In this document: positions 54,575-63,747 of the stretch, piece after piece
Layout of the letters: the number at the start of each line of letters is the position of its first letter
How positions within the stretch are numbered: position 1 is the first letter of the stretch
Assembly (NCBI GenBank): GCA_964585485.1
Contig: CAZPDS010000001.1
Span: 19,177-83,176, forward strand
DNA length: 64,000 bases
Direction: 5' to 3'
Source: an uncultured Bacteroidales bacterium
Lineage (GTDB): Bacteria > Bacteroidota > Bacteroidia > Bacteroidales > CAIWKO01
Made by a program: the position numbers and the translations under genes
Notes under the pieces: generated by a model
What the model was told of the DNA's origin: nothing
Databases searched by the model: none
What the model saw: only the letters and a program-made list of their open reading frames with translations

Positions 54575-55966
54575 CTAAATATCCCACCAAACACGGGATG
54601 TGAGCGTTACGCTTGGTGTATTGGCACTGTTATACTGCTGTTCCGAGGTCGGATAGGGATAATGGCGTGGAATACTTCCACCCAGTACGCCCTGAGCCGC
54701 CGGCGTGAGAGCAGGATATCCGGTTCTCCGCCAGTCGTTAAAGACCTCCAACTGATAACACAACGCGAAATATTTCCCCAGCATGATTTTTTCCTTGGTG
54801 ATGGTCAGCCCGGTTTCACTGGCGTTGACCGCCTCCCAGGCCACATCCGTTACCCCCATCTTGGCCAGCGAGGCTTTAACAGCATCGTTGTAGGCGGTTG
54901 CGGCGCCATTGGGGTCGCTGGTTTCAAATAAACATTCCGCTTCAATAAATTTACATTCAACATAACTGATAAACGGAACCGGACTGTTTGGCGACGCATA
55001 GTACGGTCCAACCAGCGAGGCCGCTTCCCCTTCACCGGCATGCGAACCCACTAAACCATCGGTGGGATCAACCAGGAGCGGTAAACGGGGATCGGGCGCG
55101 GGCAGCGTGTTCGACATTGCATCCACCAGATAGAAGCCTGCTACAATATCGTAGGGCCGCTGATCATTGAATTGGAACAAGGGGTTGTTCTCATTGCTGG
55201 CATCGCCAAAATAGAATTCAAAATCTTCAGCGTTGGCAGTAAGGGCTCCCGTTAGCGCCGCCAGAGCATTCGTGTAGGCCGTGGCCCCCTGAACTTTGCT
55301 CAGGTGAAGGGCATAACGGGCCTTGAGAGCATAGGCTGCTTTTTTCCAAAGGCTCACATCGCCGCCGTAAATCAGATCTTCGCCCCCGGGCAAATAGGTG
55401 TTGTCCGATTCGGCCAGATCAAAGGCTGCGATGGCTTCATCTAGTAAGGTGTTGATGGTGGCGTACAAGGTCTCCTGTGAATCGTAGCCCGGGTGAAGGT
55501 TCTCGTTGCCCAGAAAGGCTTGCGAGTAAGGTGCACTTCCCCAAAGATCCGTTACACAGCCCAGCATATTCGCCATCATTACCTTGGCCATTCCACCATA
55601 GTACGGGCATTCTTCTTCAGTCGCCTTTTTCATCATGATGTTGCAGTCCATCATCGGACCGGCATACAGATTCCATACCCATACATTGTTTACGTCACTC
55701 TGTCCGTAAACATAACGGTCATACGCCAGCGGTTGGTTGGCACCCCCCGCCATTTGCTGCATCCAGATGCTGGAAGCGTATTTCAGGTCGCCCCCAAGAG
55801 CATACCCCATCCCGGCCTGAGCCGCGGGCAACAAGGTATTCAGGGTAACGTCAATAGGTTGGTTCGGATCTACATTAATATCCGGATCTATCCACTTTTT
55901 GCAGGATCCTGTCAGGATCATCAGGGTTAACAGAATTCCCGCGATACTTATATTAAACTTTTTCAT
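54575..55966 (-). CDS. SusD/RagB-family outer-membrane lipoprotein
   Basis: 463 aa. Lipobox LTGSC, TPR-like helical SusD pattern, and C-terminal ...RVWWDI. Lies immediately downstream of the SusC-like gene. Confidence 0.85.
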   Translation of the reverse strand: MKKFNISIAGILLTLMILTGSCKKWIDPDINVDPNQPIDVTLNTLLPAAQAGMGYALGGDLKYASSIWMQQMAGGANQPLAYDRYVYGQSDVNNVWVWNLYAGPMMDCNIMMKKATEEECPYYGGMAKVMMANMLGCVTDLWGSAPYSQAFLGNENLHPGYDSQETLYATINTLLDEAIAAFDLAESDNTYLPGGEDLIYGGDVSLWKKAAYALKARYALHLSKVQGATAYTNALAALTGALTANAEDFEFYFGDASNENNPLFQFNDQRPYDIVAGFYLVDAMSNTLPAPDPRLPLLVDPTDGLVGSHAGEGEAASLVGPYYASPNSPVPFISYVECKFIEAECLFETSDPNGAATAYNDAVKASLAKMGVTDVAWEAVNASETGLTITKEKIMLGKYFALCYQLEVFNDWRRTGYPALTPAAQGVLGGSIPRHYPYPTSEQQYNSANTPSVTLTSRVWWDI

Positions 55967-55994
55967 TGGTTTTGGTTTTTAATTATCAATACGT

Positions 55995-58900
55995 CTATAA
56001 TTGAACTTTTAAACCGAAAGTATAGGTACGGGTATTCGGCATATTGAAATAATCAATCCCCTGTGCATTGCTGGCACCATAAAGGTTGGTCTCAGGATCA
56101 ATACCGGTGTAAGGTGTCCAAAGCAAGAGATTACGTCCAGCTACGAACAGATCAATGCCTTTGAAGAAGGTCTTGTTCAACCACTTTGGATTCAGGGAAT
56201 AGGTGAGGTTAACCTCGCGCAGACGAACCCAGTCGGCATCTTCAATGAACTGTTCGGTCGGGCCGCCGAAGCCGCCACCCAGGCCGTTGTACCAGCTCTG
56301 ATCCAGCTTGGTTTCAATCGAATTCTCCGCACCGGTGCTTACCAGTTCGCCATTGGCGTCGAGATGTCCCATTACTCCTTCCATAACCACGGTTTCCCCG
56401 CGGGTTTCAGTGTCAACATGTGTTCCCAGTGCATACATGATGCCCTTGGTACCATTCCACATCACACCGCCCTGTTTGATATCAATCAGGAAAGAAAGGT
56501 TAAATCCATAGACCTGCAAGGAGTTGGTGATACCCATTGTCCAGTCGGGTTGTACGGTGCCAAGATACCCTTCTTCGTCCGACATGATCGGACGTCCGTA
56601 ATTCGGGTCGCTGGGGTCGTCATTGATGATTACGTTCCCGTCGGCATCTTTGACCCATTGCGTTCCAAAAATGGAACCGTAAGGTTTTCCAGCCACAGCG
56701 CGGATTTCAGAACCGGTGAATCCACCCAGACCAACGTTCTCAATACCTTCGGCCAACTCAACGACCTCGTTGGTGTTTTTGGTGAAGTTCACCAGGATGT
56801 CCCACTGTACTTTTCCGTTCTTCGTTTTCACGGGGGTTCCACTTGCCAGTAATTCAATACCGGTGTTCTTCATTGTTGCGGCATTCATTACCGCTACAGT
56901 GTAACCCGACGAACCAGCTACCGGAACAGCCAGAATCAACTTGTCGTTGATGTTGTTGTAGTAGGCAATGTCGAGACCTAAGCGGTTGTTGAGAAAGCGC
57001 AGATCAAGTCCAACCTCAAACGATTTCAGACGTTCCGGCTCCAGCACATCGCTGCCCAGGGCGTCGGAAACCATGTAGCCAGTATAGCCGCCAAAGGGGA
57101 AGGAAACCCCCGACGTCCAACCATCACCATAATAACCAAGCGAGTAGTAATTTCCGGTGTAATACACGGGGGCATCGTTGGCGATAATCGCGTAGGAGGC
57201 CCTGAGCTTACCAAACGGCATAATTTTGTTGTCTTTGAGAGCACCCAGTTCGGTGAATACAAAGCCCAGACTAAATGAGGGGAAGAAGAAGGAGTTCTTC
57301 CCTTCCGGCAGGGTGGTGGACCACTCGTTACGCCCGGTGATGTCTAAGAACAACATGCTTTGGTACGATAGCCCTAAATCACCGTAGATAGCAGCGGTGC
57401 GCTTCTTAGCCTGGTTTTCACGGGTTGTAATAGTGGATGCGTTCGACATCTGGTAGAAATCCGGCAGCGTTAACTGGTTGCCTTCAACATATAATTGTTG
57501 ATGATAGGTCTGGAACATGTTATGACCTAACATGAAATTCAGTTTGAAATTCTTGTTCAGATCTTTACTCACCGTGGCAATCAGATCGCTGTTGAAATCA
57601 CGGTTGTAGTGCTGGTCTTCGAAGATCATCCCGTCAGGATAAGCCGAGGAGTTTTTGGCAAAATGGGCCTTCCGACGATCAGAGTAGAAGTCTGTACCTA
57701 AACGGTAGGTGATGTTTAACCACGACAACGGAAGATACGCCAACTGAATGTTCCCCAGCATACGATTTACATCGTCGCGGAAGGCGTTTTGGTTGACCGT
57801 AAAATAGGGATTGTCGTAAATTCCGTACCCTCGGTAGCTACGCTGGCTACCATCATAAAACAAGTAGGCTTCGGGGGTGTTTACCGGATCGTCAAATCCG
57901 TTGGCGTTGTCGAATGAACAGGGTGTGCGGAGCAGACCCAGCATCAGACCCGACAGGTTGGAGCCCTGCTGAATACGATCGCCGCCTGATTTAATGTAAT
58001 TTACACTACCCGATGCAATAAATTTCGCCGATAGCCTGGTTTCGCCTGAAACTTTGACGGTGGTTTTATCGAAACTGTTGTTCGGCACAATACCATCGGT
58101 TTGGGAGTTCGAAAACGACATATAATACGTGGCGTCTTCATTCCCGCCGGCGATGTTGATAGCATTATTATACGTGTATCCTGTCTTGAAGAAACTTCCC
58201 AGGTTGTCGTAAGGTACAACTTCGGCTCCGGTGGCATTCGGATCGTTCGCGCTGACGATCTTCCCGTTGTAATCCCAGTCATAAATTCCATCGCCATTCA
58301 CATCCTGTGCGGCTGTCAGGCCAACGTTGGTGAACGAGCACGTGTCCAGCATGGGACCCCAGGTGTTACGATTGGCTGTTTCCGGCCCCGACCATTTCCC
58401 GTTCAAGCCCTGACCGTATTTGGTCTGATATTCCGGAAGACGGTTGACCTTGTCGATGGAAACGGAAGTAGAGAAATTAACGCTATACGCCTTCCCCTTG
58501 GTTCCTCCTGCAGCACGCCCTTTTTTGGTGGTCACAATCACCACGCCGTTGGCGGCCCGCAGGCCATACAAGGCCGTGGCGGCTCCGCCTTTGAGCACCG
58601 TCATCGATTCTATGTCATCCGGGTTCAGGTCAATGGCGCGGTTGGAATACGCCACGCCTTCAGTCAGGTTGTTGGTGCCGTTATCCGGATTCCCTGAATA
58701 ATACTGGGAGTTGTCAATGGGAATACCATCGACCACAAACAAAGGCTGGTTTCCTCCGGTGATGGAGGAGGCCCCGCGAATGTTGATGTAGGCCGATCCG
58801 CCCGCGGCTCCGGAGCCACTGGTGACCGATACACCGGCTACTTTTCCATTCAGGGCGTTCACAACATTGGTGGTGTTCGATTTTTCGATCGCTTCACCTT

Positions 58901-59282
58901 CAACGCCCTGAACGGAGTATCCCAGGGCTTTGGTCTCCCGAGAGATTCCGATGGCCGTGACAACCACCCCTTCAATGTTCATTACGTCTGTCTCCATTAC
59001 AATGTTAATGGTGGCAGACTGAGAAACGGCAACCTCCTGGACTTTCATACCTACGTATGAAAACACCAGTGTGGTGCTTTTTTCCGGAACAACAATGGTA
59101 TACTTTCCATTGGCATCTGAGGTTGTTCCGACAGCGGTTCCTTTAACCACAATCGTCACCCCTGGAATGGTAGCACCGTCATCCTTTGCCGTGATGACGC
59201 CAGAGATGGTTTTCTTTTGCGCAAGCGCAATCTGCAGTCCTGCAAACAACAGGATTAGCAGTGTAAGGGTAAACTTTCTCAT
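55995..59282 (-). CDS. SusC/RagA-family TonB-linked outer-membrane transporter
   Basis: ORF trimmed to MRKFTLTLLILLFAGLQIALAQ. Carboxypeptidase-regulatory-like N-domain (ISGVITAKDDGATIPGVTIVVKGT), plug (INIRGASSITGGNQPLFVVDGIPI), and terminal ...YTFGLKVQL. No STN signalling domain. Confidence 0.9.
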   Translation of the reverse strand: MRKFTLTLLILLFAGLQIALAQKKTISGVITAKDDGATIPGVTIVVKGTAVGTTSDANGKYTIVVPEKSTTLVFSYVGMKVQEVAVSQSATINIVMETDVMNIEGVVVTAIGISRETKALGYSVQGVEGEAIEKSNTTNVVNALNGKVAGVSVTSGSGAAGGSAYINIRGASSITGGNQPLFVVDGIPIDNSQYYSGNPDNGTNNLTEGVAYSNRAIDLNPDDIESMTVLKGGAATALYGLRAANGVVIVTTKKGRAAGGTKGKAYSVNFSTSVSIDKVNRLPEYQTKYGQGLNGKWSGPETANRNTWGPMLDTCSFTNVGLTAAQDVNGDGIYDWDYNGKIVSANDPNATGAEVVPYDNLGSFFKTGYTYNNAINIAGGNEDATYYMSFSNSQTDGIVPNNSFDKTTVKVSGETRLSAKFIASGSVNYIKSGGDRIQQGSNLSGLMLGLLRTPCSFDNANGFDDPVNTPEAYLFYDGSQRSYRGYGIYDNPYFTVNQNAFRDDVNRMLGNIQLAYLPLSWLNITYRLGTDFYSDRRKAHFAKNSSAYPDGMIFEDQHYNRDFNSDLIATVSKDLNKNFKLNFMLGHNMFQTYHQQLYVEGNQLTLPDFYQMSNASTITTRENQAKKRTAAIYGDLGLSYQSMLFLDITGRNEWSTTLPEGKNSFFFPSFSLGFVFTELGALKDNKIMPFGKLRASYAIIANDAPVYYTGNYYSLGYYGDGWTSGVSFPFGGYTGYMVSDALGSDVLEPERLKSFEVGLDLRFLNNRLGLDIAYYNNINDKLILAVPVAGSSGYTVAVMNAATMKNTGIELLASGTPVKTKNGKVQWDILVNFTKNTNEVVELAEGIENVGLGGFTGSEIRAVAGKPYGSIFGTQWVKDADGNVIINDDPSDPNYGRPIMSDEEGYLGTVQPDWTMGITNSLQVYGFNLSFLIDIKQGGVMWNGTKGIMYALGTHVDTETRGETVVMEGVMGHLDANGELVSTGAENSIETKLDQSWYNGLGGGFGGPTEQFIEDADWVRLREVNLTYSLNPKWLNKTFFKGIDLFVAGRNLLLWTPYTGIDPETNLYGASNAQGIDYFNMPNTRTYTFGLKVQL

Positions 59283-59608
59283 AGTTGCTTTTTTTGGGTT
59301 TAGATAATGCACTTAATTGTATAACGAATGTAAACTTAAGCAAGTTTTTAAAAAAATGGTTAATGAAATGTAAAATAAATTAACAATTGTGTGTTGGCGA
59401 ACGTCCGATAACACCGGCTAATCCATTTCTACGATCAGTATAACAAAATGTTACATGTTTTTTTGCAGAATTAGGCCACTTGTCCCATAAGCCCGAATAT
59501 TCAAAATATTAACATTTCGATGCATGAAAAATGCAATCGAAAAAACAAATATCCGGAGAGATGCGCATTAAAAGAAGAGATTTATTTTTACTGTAACCCA
59601 GAAATCAA

Positions 59609-59616
59609 TATATTTG
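59609..59616 (+). promoter_or_regulatory. Candidate -7 promoter box TATATTTG upstream of the ferredoxin gene
   Basis: TAnnTTTG match, 40 nt upstream of the ATG at 59656. Confidence 0.5.
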
Positions 59617-59655
59617 CACCGGCTAATACAATTACTAACAAAAAAATCTATAGCT

Positions 59656-59823
59656 ATGGCTTACAAGATTTCTGATGATTGCACTGCTTGCGGTACCTGC
59701 AAGGACGAATGTCCTGTTGAGGCTATCTCTGAAGGCGACATCTATAAAATTGATCCGGACGTGTGCACCGATTGCGGCGCTTGCGCGGATGTTTGTCCGG
59801 TCGAAGCAATCCACCCCGAATAA
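59656..59823 (+). CDS. fdx: 2x[4Fe-4S] ferredoxin
   Basis: ORF trimmed to MAYKISDDCTACGTCKDECPVEAI...CTDCGACADVCPVEAI. 55 aa with two CxxCxxCxxxCP motifs. Confidence 0.9.
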   Translation: MAYKISDDCTACGTCKDECPVEAISEGDIYKIDPDVCTDCGACADVCPVEAIHPE

Positions 59824-59849
59824 TCGGAACGATTGTGTACCGAAAGTGA

Positions 59850-59881
59850 AAGGCTGTCTCATTGGGGCGGCCTTTTGTTTT
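59850..59881 (+). terminator. Probable intrinsic terminator after the ferredoxin gene
   Basis: AAGGCTGTCTC-ATT-GGGGCGGCCTT. 11-bp stem including three G-U pairs, followed by TTTTGTTTT. Confidence 0.5.
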
Positions 59882-59902
59882 CCCCGACACGCAATATTCA
59901 AC

Positions 59903-59937
59903 ACTATCGACTATCGACTAACGACTAACGACTATCC
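59903..59937 (+). repeat. Tandem heptanucleotide array A: ACTATCG ACTATCG ACTAACG ACTAACG ACTATCC
   Basis: Read directly. Five contiguous 7-nt units ending 5 nt before the xth ATG (59943). Confidence 0.85.
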
Positions 59938-59942
59938 AGAAA

Positions 59943-60707
59943 ATGCGCATCATCACCTACAACGTCAACGGTATCCGGGCCGCCGTGTCGAAAGGCCTGC
60001 TGGAGTGGCTCGATCAGGTGAAGCCGGATATGGTTTGCCTGCAGGAAACCAAAGCTCAACCTGAGCAGATTCCGCTCCTGGACTTTGAAGCCCTGGGCTA
60101 TAAATGCTATTGCTTATCCGCGAAGAAAAAAGGCTACAGTGGAGTAGCGATCTTAAGCCGGCGCGAACCAGATCACGTGGAAATCGGAATGGGTCTTCCG
60201 GCCTATGATGACGAAGGGCGTTTCATTCGTGCCGACTTCGGTACGACTTCTCTGGTGAGCGTGTATCATCCCAGTGGCTCCAGCGGCGAGGAACGCCAGG
60301 CGTTTAAAATGAAATGGCTCGACGATTATCTGGACTATGTAATCCAACTACGCGAAACACGCCCCCGCCTTATTCTTTCCGGCGATTATAACATCTGCCA
60401 CAAACCGATCGATATTCACGACCCCATCCGGAATGCCACCAGCTCGGGCTTTTTGCCTGAAGAACGCGCGTGGATGGACACTTTCGTGAAGAATGGATTT
60501 ATCGATACCTTTCGCGTTTTCAATAATGACCCCCAGCAATACACCTGGTGGAGCTACCGGGCCAATGCCCGCGCCAAAAACCTCGGTTGGCGCATCGATT
60601 ACCACATGGCCAGCCTGCCTTTATTGAACGACCTTCGCCATGCCGAAATTTTCCCCACAGCCGTTCATTCAGACCATTGTCCGGTACTTTTGGATGTGGA
60701 TTTTTAA
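59943..60707 (+). CDS. xth: Exodeoxyribonuclease III
   Basis: 254 aa. MRIITYNVNGIRA, CLQETK, DYNICH, and C-terminal SDHCPV. Confidence 0.95.
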   Translation: MRIITYNVNGIRAAVSKGLLEWLDQVKPDMVCLQETKAQPEQIPLLDFEALGYKCYCLSAKKKGYSGVAILSRREPDHVEIGMGLPAYDDEGRFIRADFGTTSLVSVYHPSGSSGEERQAFKMKWLDDYLDYVIQLRETRPRLILSGDYNICHKPIDIHDPIRNATSSGFLPEERAWMDTFVKNGFIDTFRVFNNDPQQYTWWSYRANARAKNLGWRIDYHMASLPLLNDLRHAEIFPTAVHSDHCPVLLDVDF

Positions 60708-60762
60708 CAAATCCCTGTTCATATCTTGCGTTGCCCTTTGGCTCTGCGTGATGCGTAGAACG

Positions 60763-60770
60763 TAATTTTG
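60763..60770 (+). promoter_or_regulatory. Candidate -7 promoter box TAATTTTG upstream of the OmpA-like gene
   Basis: TAnnTTTG match, 25 nt upstream of the ATG at 60795. Confidence 0.5.
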
Positions 60771-60794
60771 CACAGCATCCCCAATACCATCCCT

Positions 60795-61805
60795 ATGAAA
60801 AAATCCTTGCTGGCGTATGTTCTGCTTTGTGTTGTGGCCCTCACTTCGGGTTCGTGTGTGATGAAAAAAAAGTTCAATGAAGTGGAGTCGGCACGCATAA
60901 AATGCGAACAGGAAAATGCCTTCTTGAAGAATCAAAATATTGATCTCACCAGCCTGAACAATGAATTGCAATCGAAGCTGGCACGCTTGAACGAACAAAA
61001 CGCCCGACTCATCAGCGATTCGGCAATCATTGGTCAAGGTATGCGCGATGTGAAGGATCAGTACGACCGACTGAAAGTATCGTACGACGACCTCAATAAG
61101 ACGCTTTCGAAAAACAGCCAGACCAGCTCGGCTGAGATGCAGCGCTTGTTGGCTGAATTGCAAAAAACCCAGGAGGAGCTGCAAGCCCGCGAAGATCGGC
61201 TGAAGGCCGCCGAGCGACAACTTGACGGACAAAAGAGCAGCCTGAGCGACCTAAGCGCGCAACTAAACGAAAAGGAAAAGCGCTTAAATGAACTGCAGGC
61301 CATTCTGGATCGTAAAGATTCCGTGGTCAAAGCCCTTAAGGATAAAGTGATGGAAGCCCTTACCGGATTTATGGGCAAAGGCCTCAGCGTAGAACAGAAG
61401 AACGGTAAGGTGTACGTGCACATGGACGAAAAACTGCTCTTTGCTTCCGGTAGTTTTGTGGTGGCCCCCGGTGGCGTGGAAGCCTTGAAAAACCTGGCGG
61501 CCGTTCTGGTCTCAAACCCCGACATCAACATTGCCGTGGAAGGCCATTCCGATAATGTTCCTTACAAAAATGCCAGCGGCCCGATCAGCGACAATTGGGA
61601 TCTTAGTGTGATGCGAGCTACCGCTGTTGTGAAGATTCTGGTTTCCGGAAAGGTCGATCCCGCCCGCCTCCAGGCCGCAGGCCGCAGCCAGTACTGGCCG
61701 GTCGATCCCGCCAATACCGCGGAAGCCCGCTCCAAAAACCGACGTACTGAAATTATCCTGACCCCGAAGCTCGACGAACTCTTCAAAATCCTCGAAAGCA
61801 ACTAA
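60795..61805 (+). CDS. OmpA/MotB-domain lipoprotein with long N-terminal coiled coil
   Basis: ORF trimmed to MKKSLLAYVLLCVVALTSGSC (lipobox). ~170 aa of coiled coil, then an OmpA_C-like domain (VEGHSDNVP...WDLSVMRATAVV...NRRTEIIL). Confidence 0.8.
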   Translation: MKKSLLAYVLLCVVALTSGSCVMKKKFNEVESARIKCEQENAFLKNQNIDLTSLNNELQSKLARLNEQNARLISDSAIIGQGMRDVKDQYDRLKVSYDDLNKTLSKNSQTSSAEMQRLLAELQKTQEELQAREDRLKAAERQLDGQKSSLSDLSAQLNEKEKRLNELQAILDRKDSVVKALKDKVMEALTGFMGKGLSVEQKNGKVYVHMDEKLLFASGSFVVAPGGVEALKNLAAVLVSNPDINIAVEGHSDNVPYKNASGPISDNWDLSVMRATAVVKILVSGKVDPARLQAAGRSQYWPVDPANTAEARSKNRRTEIILTPKLDELFKILESN

Positions 61806-61811
61806 CCCCCG

Positions 61812-61840
61812 ACTATCGACTATCCACTATCGACTTAACG
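61812..61840 (+). repeat. Tandem heptanucleotide array B: ACTATCG ACTATCC ACTATCG ACTTAACG
   Basis: Read directly. Same unit and orientation as array A. It spans the 21-nt gap between the convergent ompA-like and pgk-like stops and encodes the last four pgk-like codons plus the stop. Confidence 0.8.
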
Positions 61841-63116
61841 CCTTCACCGGCTCCATCCCATACACACTGTTTTCCTGGATGGCTTTCAACACCGCACCAC
61901 CACCGGTGAAGATGTAGTACATGGGATTGTCGATGGCCACGATGTAAAGCCCGGGCAGCAGGCGCTTCAGTTCCTGCATCGTATCACCTCCGCCATACAG
62001 TTTCACCGCCGTGGGGTTTTTATCGATCAGCTCGTCCAGTGCAATGGTGCCTTCATTAAAGTAGGGGGTATAGCCCATCACGGCATTGACAAAAACAGTA
62101 TGTGCATTTTTGAAAACATCCAGCACATTAGCTTCATGAAACGATGCCGGATCAGCGTCCAGCACATAGTTCAGCTTTGTTCCCGGTTTTAGCGTGCGGA
62201 GGTCGTGCGTGCGGAATTGTCCGTCAATCTTGCCTTCCATGGTATCTGATTCTACAATAAAGGGCAACTCTACCAATTTATTGGGATACTGTTTCGAAAA
62301 TTCAACAAAGGCGCGGGCATGCTCCATATCATCCGCCTCGATCCCCTGAATTTCGAATCCGTATTTGGCGCAGAGGTAGGCATTATAGATCACCCCGCCC
62401 AGAATTAGTTTATCGCAGATCTTGAGCAAGGCATTCAGCGAATCAATTTTGGTGTCGAACTTGGCACCCGCCACCACGGCCACAAATGGACGTTCCGGTT
62501 GAAAAATGCGATCTAAATTGGCGATTTCGCGCTGCATGAGAAAGCCCGCGAAAGAGGGCAAATACTTCGTTACTTTTACCGTGGAGGCATGCGCTTGCCA
62601 GCTGCCAAAGGCGTCGTTCACGAAAATGTCGGCCAGCCCCGCAAGTTGATAGGCGAAACGGTCGGCCAGTTCGCCTTTGTCTTCTTCGCCGGCAAACCAG
62701 CGTGTATTCGGCAGATAGATCCCGTCGATTACATTTTCTTTGAGATCGCGGATCAAATGGTTGATGCTGGTTTCAATACCTGCGATGCCTTGCTGACCGT
62801 TGGCGTGGAATTCCGGGACTTTCAGGGTGATGTGAAGCTTGTTTTGCAAATACTCCACGATGGGTTGTACAGAGCTTTCTTCACTGATCGCAATGTCACC
62901 GGTTTTCTTGTTTTTTGGCCGGCCAACATGTGTCATCAGGATGATCTTTCCGCCCTTGGCGTTGATATGATAGAGGGTTCCAATAGTGGCATCAATGCGG
63001 TAAGGATCATGAATGACTCCCTTCTTAACAACATTATGGTCAACACGAACCAATACGATTTTGCCTTTCAGATCCGCATCCTGCAGCAGGGGAAAACGAA
63101 AATAATTCTGTGTCAT
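61827..63116 (-). CDS. pgk: Phosphoglycerate kinase family protein (divergent, long form)
   Basis: 429 aa. LVRVDHNV, DPYRIDATIGT, MTHVGRP, GGGDTMQE, FTGGGAVLKAI. All PGK signature blocks are present, but the sequence is longer than, and diverges from, the usual ~395-aa bacterial form. Confidence 0.8.
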   Translation of the reverse strand: MTQNYFRFPLLQDADLKGKIVLVRVDHNVVKKGVIHDPYRIDATIGTLYHINAKGGKIILMTHVGRPKNKKTGDIAISEESSVQPIVEYLQNKLHITLKVPEFHANGQQGIAGIETSINHLIRDLKENVIDGIYLPNTRWFAGEEDKGELADRFAYQLAGLADIFVNDAFGSWQAHASTVKVTKYLPSFAGFLMQREIANLDRIFQPERPFVAVVAGAKFDTKIDSLNALLKICDKLILGGVIYNAYLCAKYGFEIQGIEADDMEHARAFVEFSKQYPNKLVELPFIVESDTMEGKIDGQFRTHDLRTLKPGTKLNYVLDADPASFHEANVLDVFKNAHTVFVNAVMGYTPYFNEGTIALDELIDKNPTAVKLYGGGDTMQELKRLLPGLYIVAIDNPMYYIFTGGGAVLKAIQENSVYGMEPVKALSR

Positions 63117-63670
63117 TTTGTATAAGTGTTAACGTGCGTCATTTCAGTCAGCTCTTTACGTTTTTTTGGGCGGATTTCATCCGTCTCCGGATATCCTACG
63201 GAAATCAACAAACCAATGGATCGTTTGTCCGGAATATTCAATAGTTTTTTTATCTTCTTTTCGTTGAACCATCCGATCATACACGTACCCAATCCCTCTT
63301 CGGCGGCCTGCAAACAAAAATGCGCTGCAGTTACACCAATATCAATCAGCGGGTATTCTTTTTTCTTGATACGGCCACCAATCTGGGAAGTGGCATTGGC
63401 CGGTTCCAGGATGAGCACAACGATCAGGGGCGCTTTAAGTGCGAATTTATTGAAGGCGACCAGGGTGTTGTACGTTTCTTTGGCTACTGCCAACCGCAAG
63501 TCCGGGGCTTCCACCAACAAATAACTCCACGGTTGCGCATTGCAGGCCGAAGGCGAGAGTTGAGCAGCCCGTAAGCATCGGTCAATTTTCGCCCGCTCCA
63601 CGGGTTGATCCAGGTAGCGTCGTACGCTCTGCCGCTTTTCTACAAGATCCAAAAAATTCATAAACGTCAA
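63113..63670 (-). CDS. Nitroreductase-family flavoprotein
   Basis: 185 aa. RQSVRRYLDQPV, SPSACNAQPW. 4-nt overlap with the pgk-like start. Confidence 0.85.
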   Translation of the reverse strand: MTFMNFLDLVEKRQSVRRYLDQPVERAKIDRCLRAAQLSPSACNAQPWSYLLVEAPDLRLAVAKETYNTLVAFNKFALKAPLIVVLILEPANATSQIGGRIKKKEYPLIDIGVTAAHFCLQAAEEGLGTCMIGWFNEKKIKKLLNIPDKRSIGLLISVGYPETDEIRPKKRKELTEMTHVNTYTK

Positions 63671-63687
63671 TTAAGACCATAAAGGTA

Positions 63688-63732
63688 AGGAAAAAGGAAA
63701 CTGTTGATGGCCGTCGGTCATCAACAGTTTCC
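63688..63732 (-). terminator. Intrinsic terminator after the partial upstream gene
   Basis: GGAAACTGTTGATG...CATCAACAGTTTCC. A 14-bp perfect stem, extendable by 3 more pairs around a 3-nt loop, followed on the minus strand by TTTTTCCTT. Confidence 0.8.
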
Positions 63733-63747
63733 TCTGGTCGTTTACTT

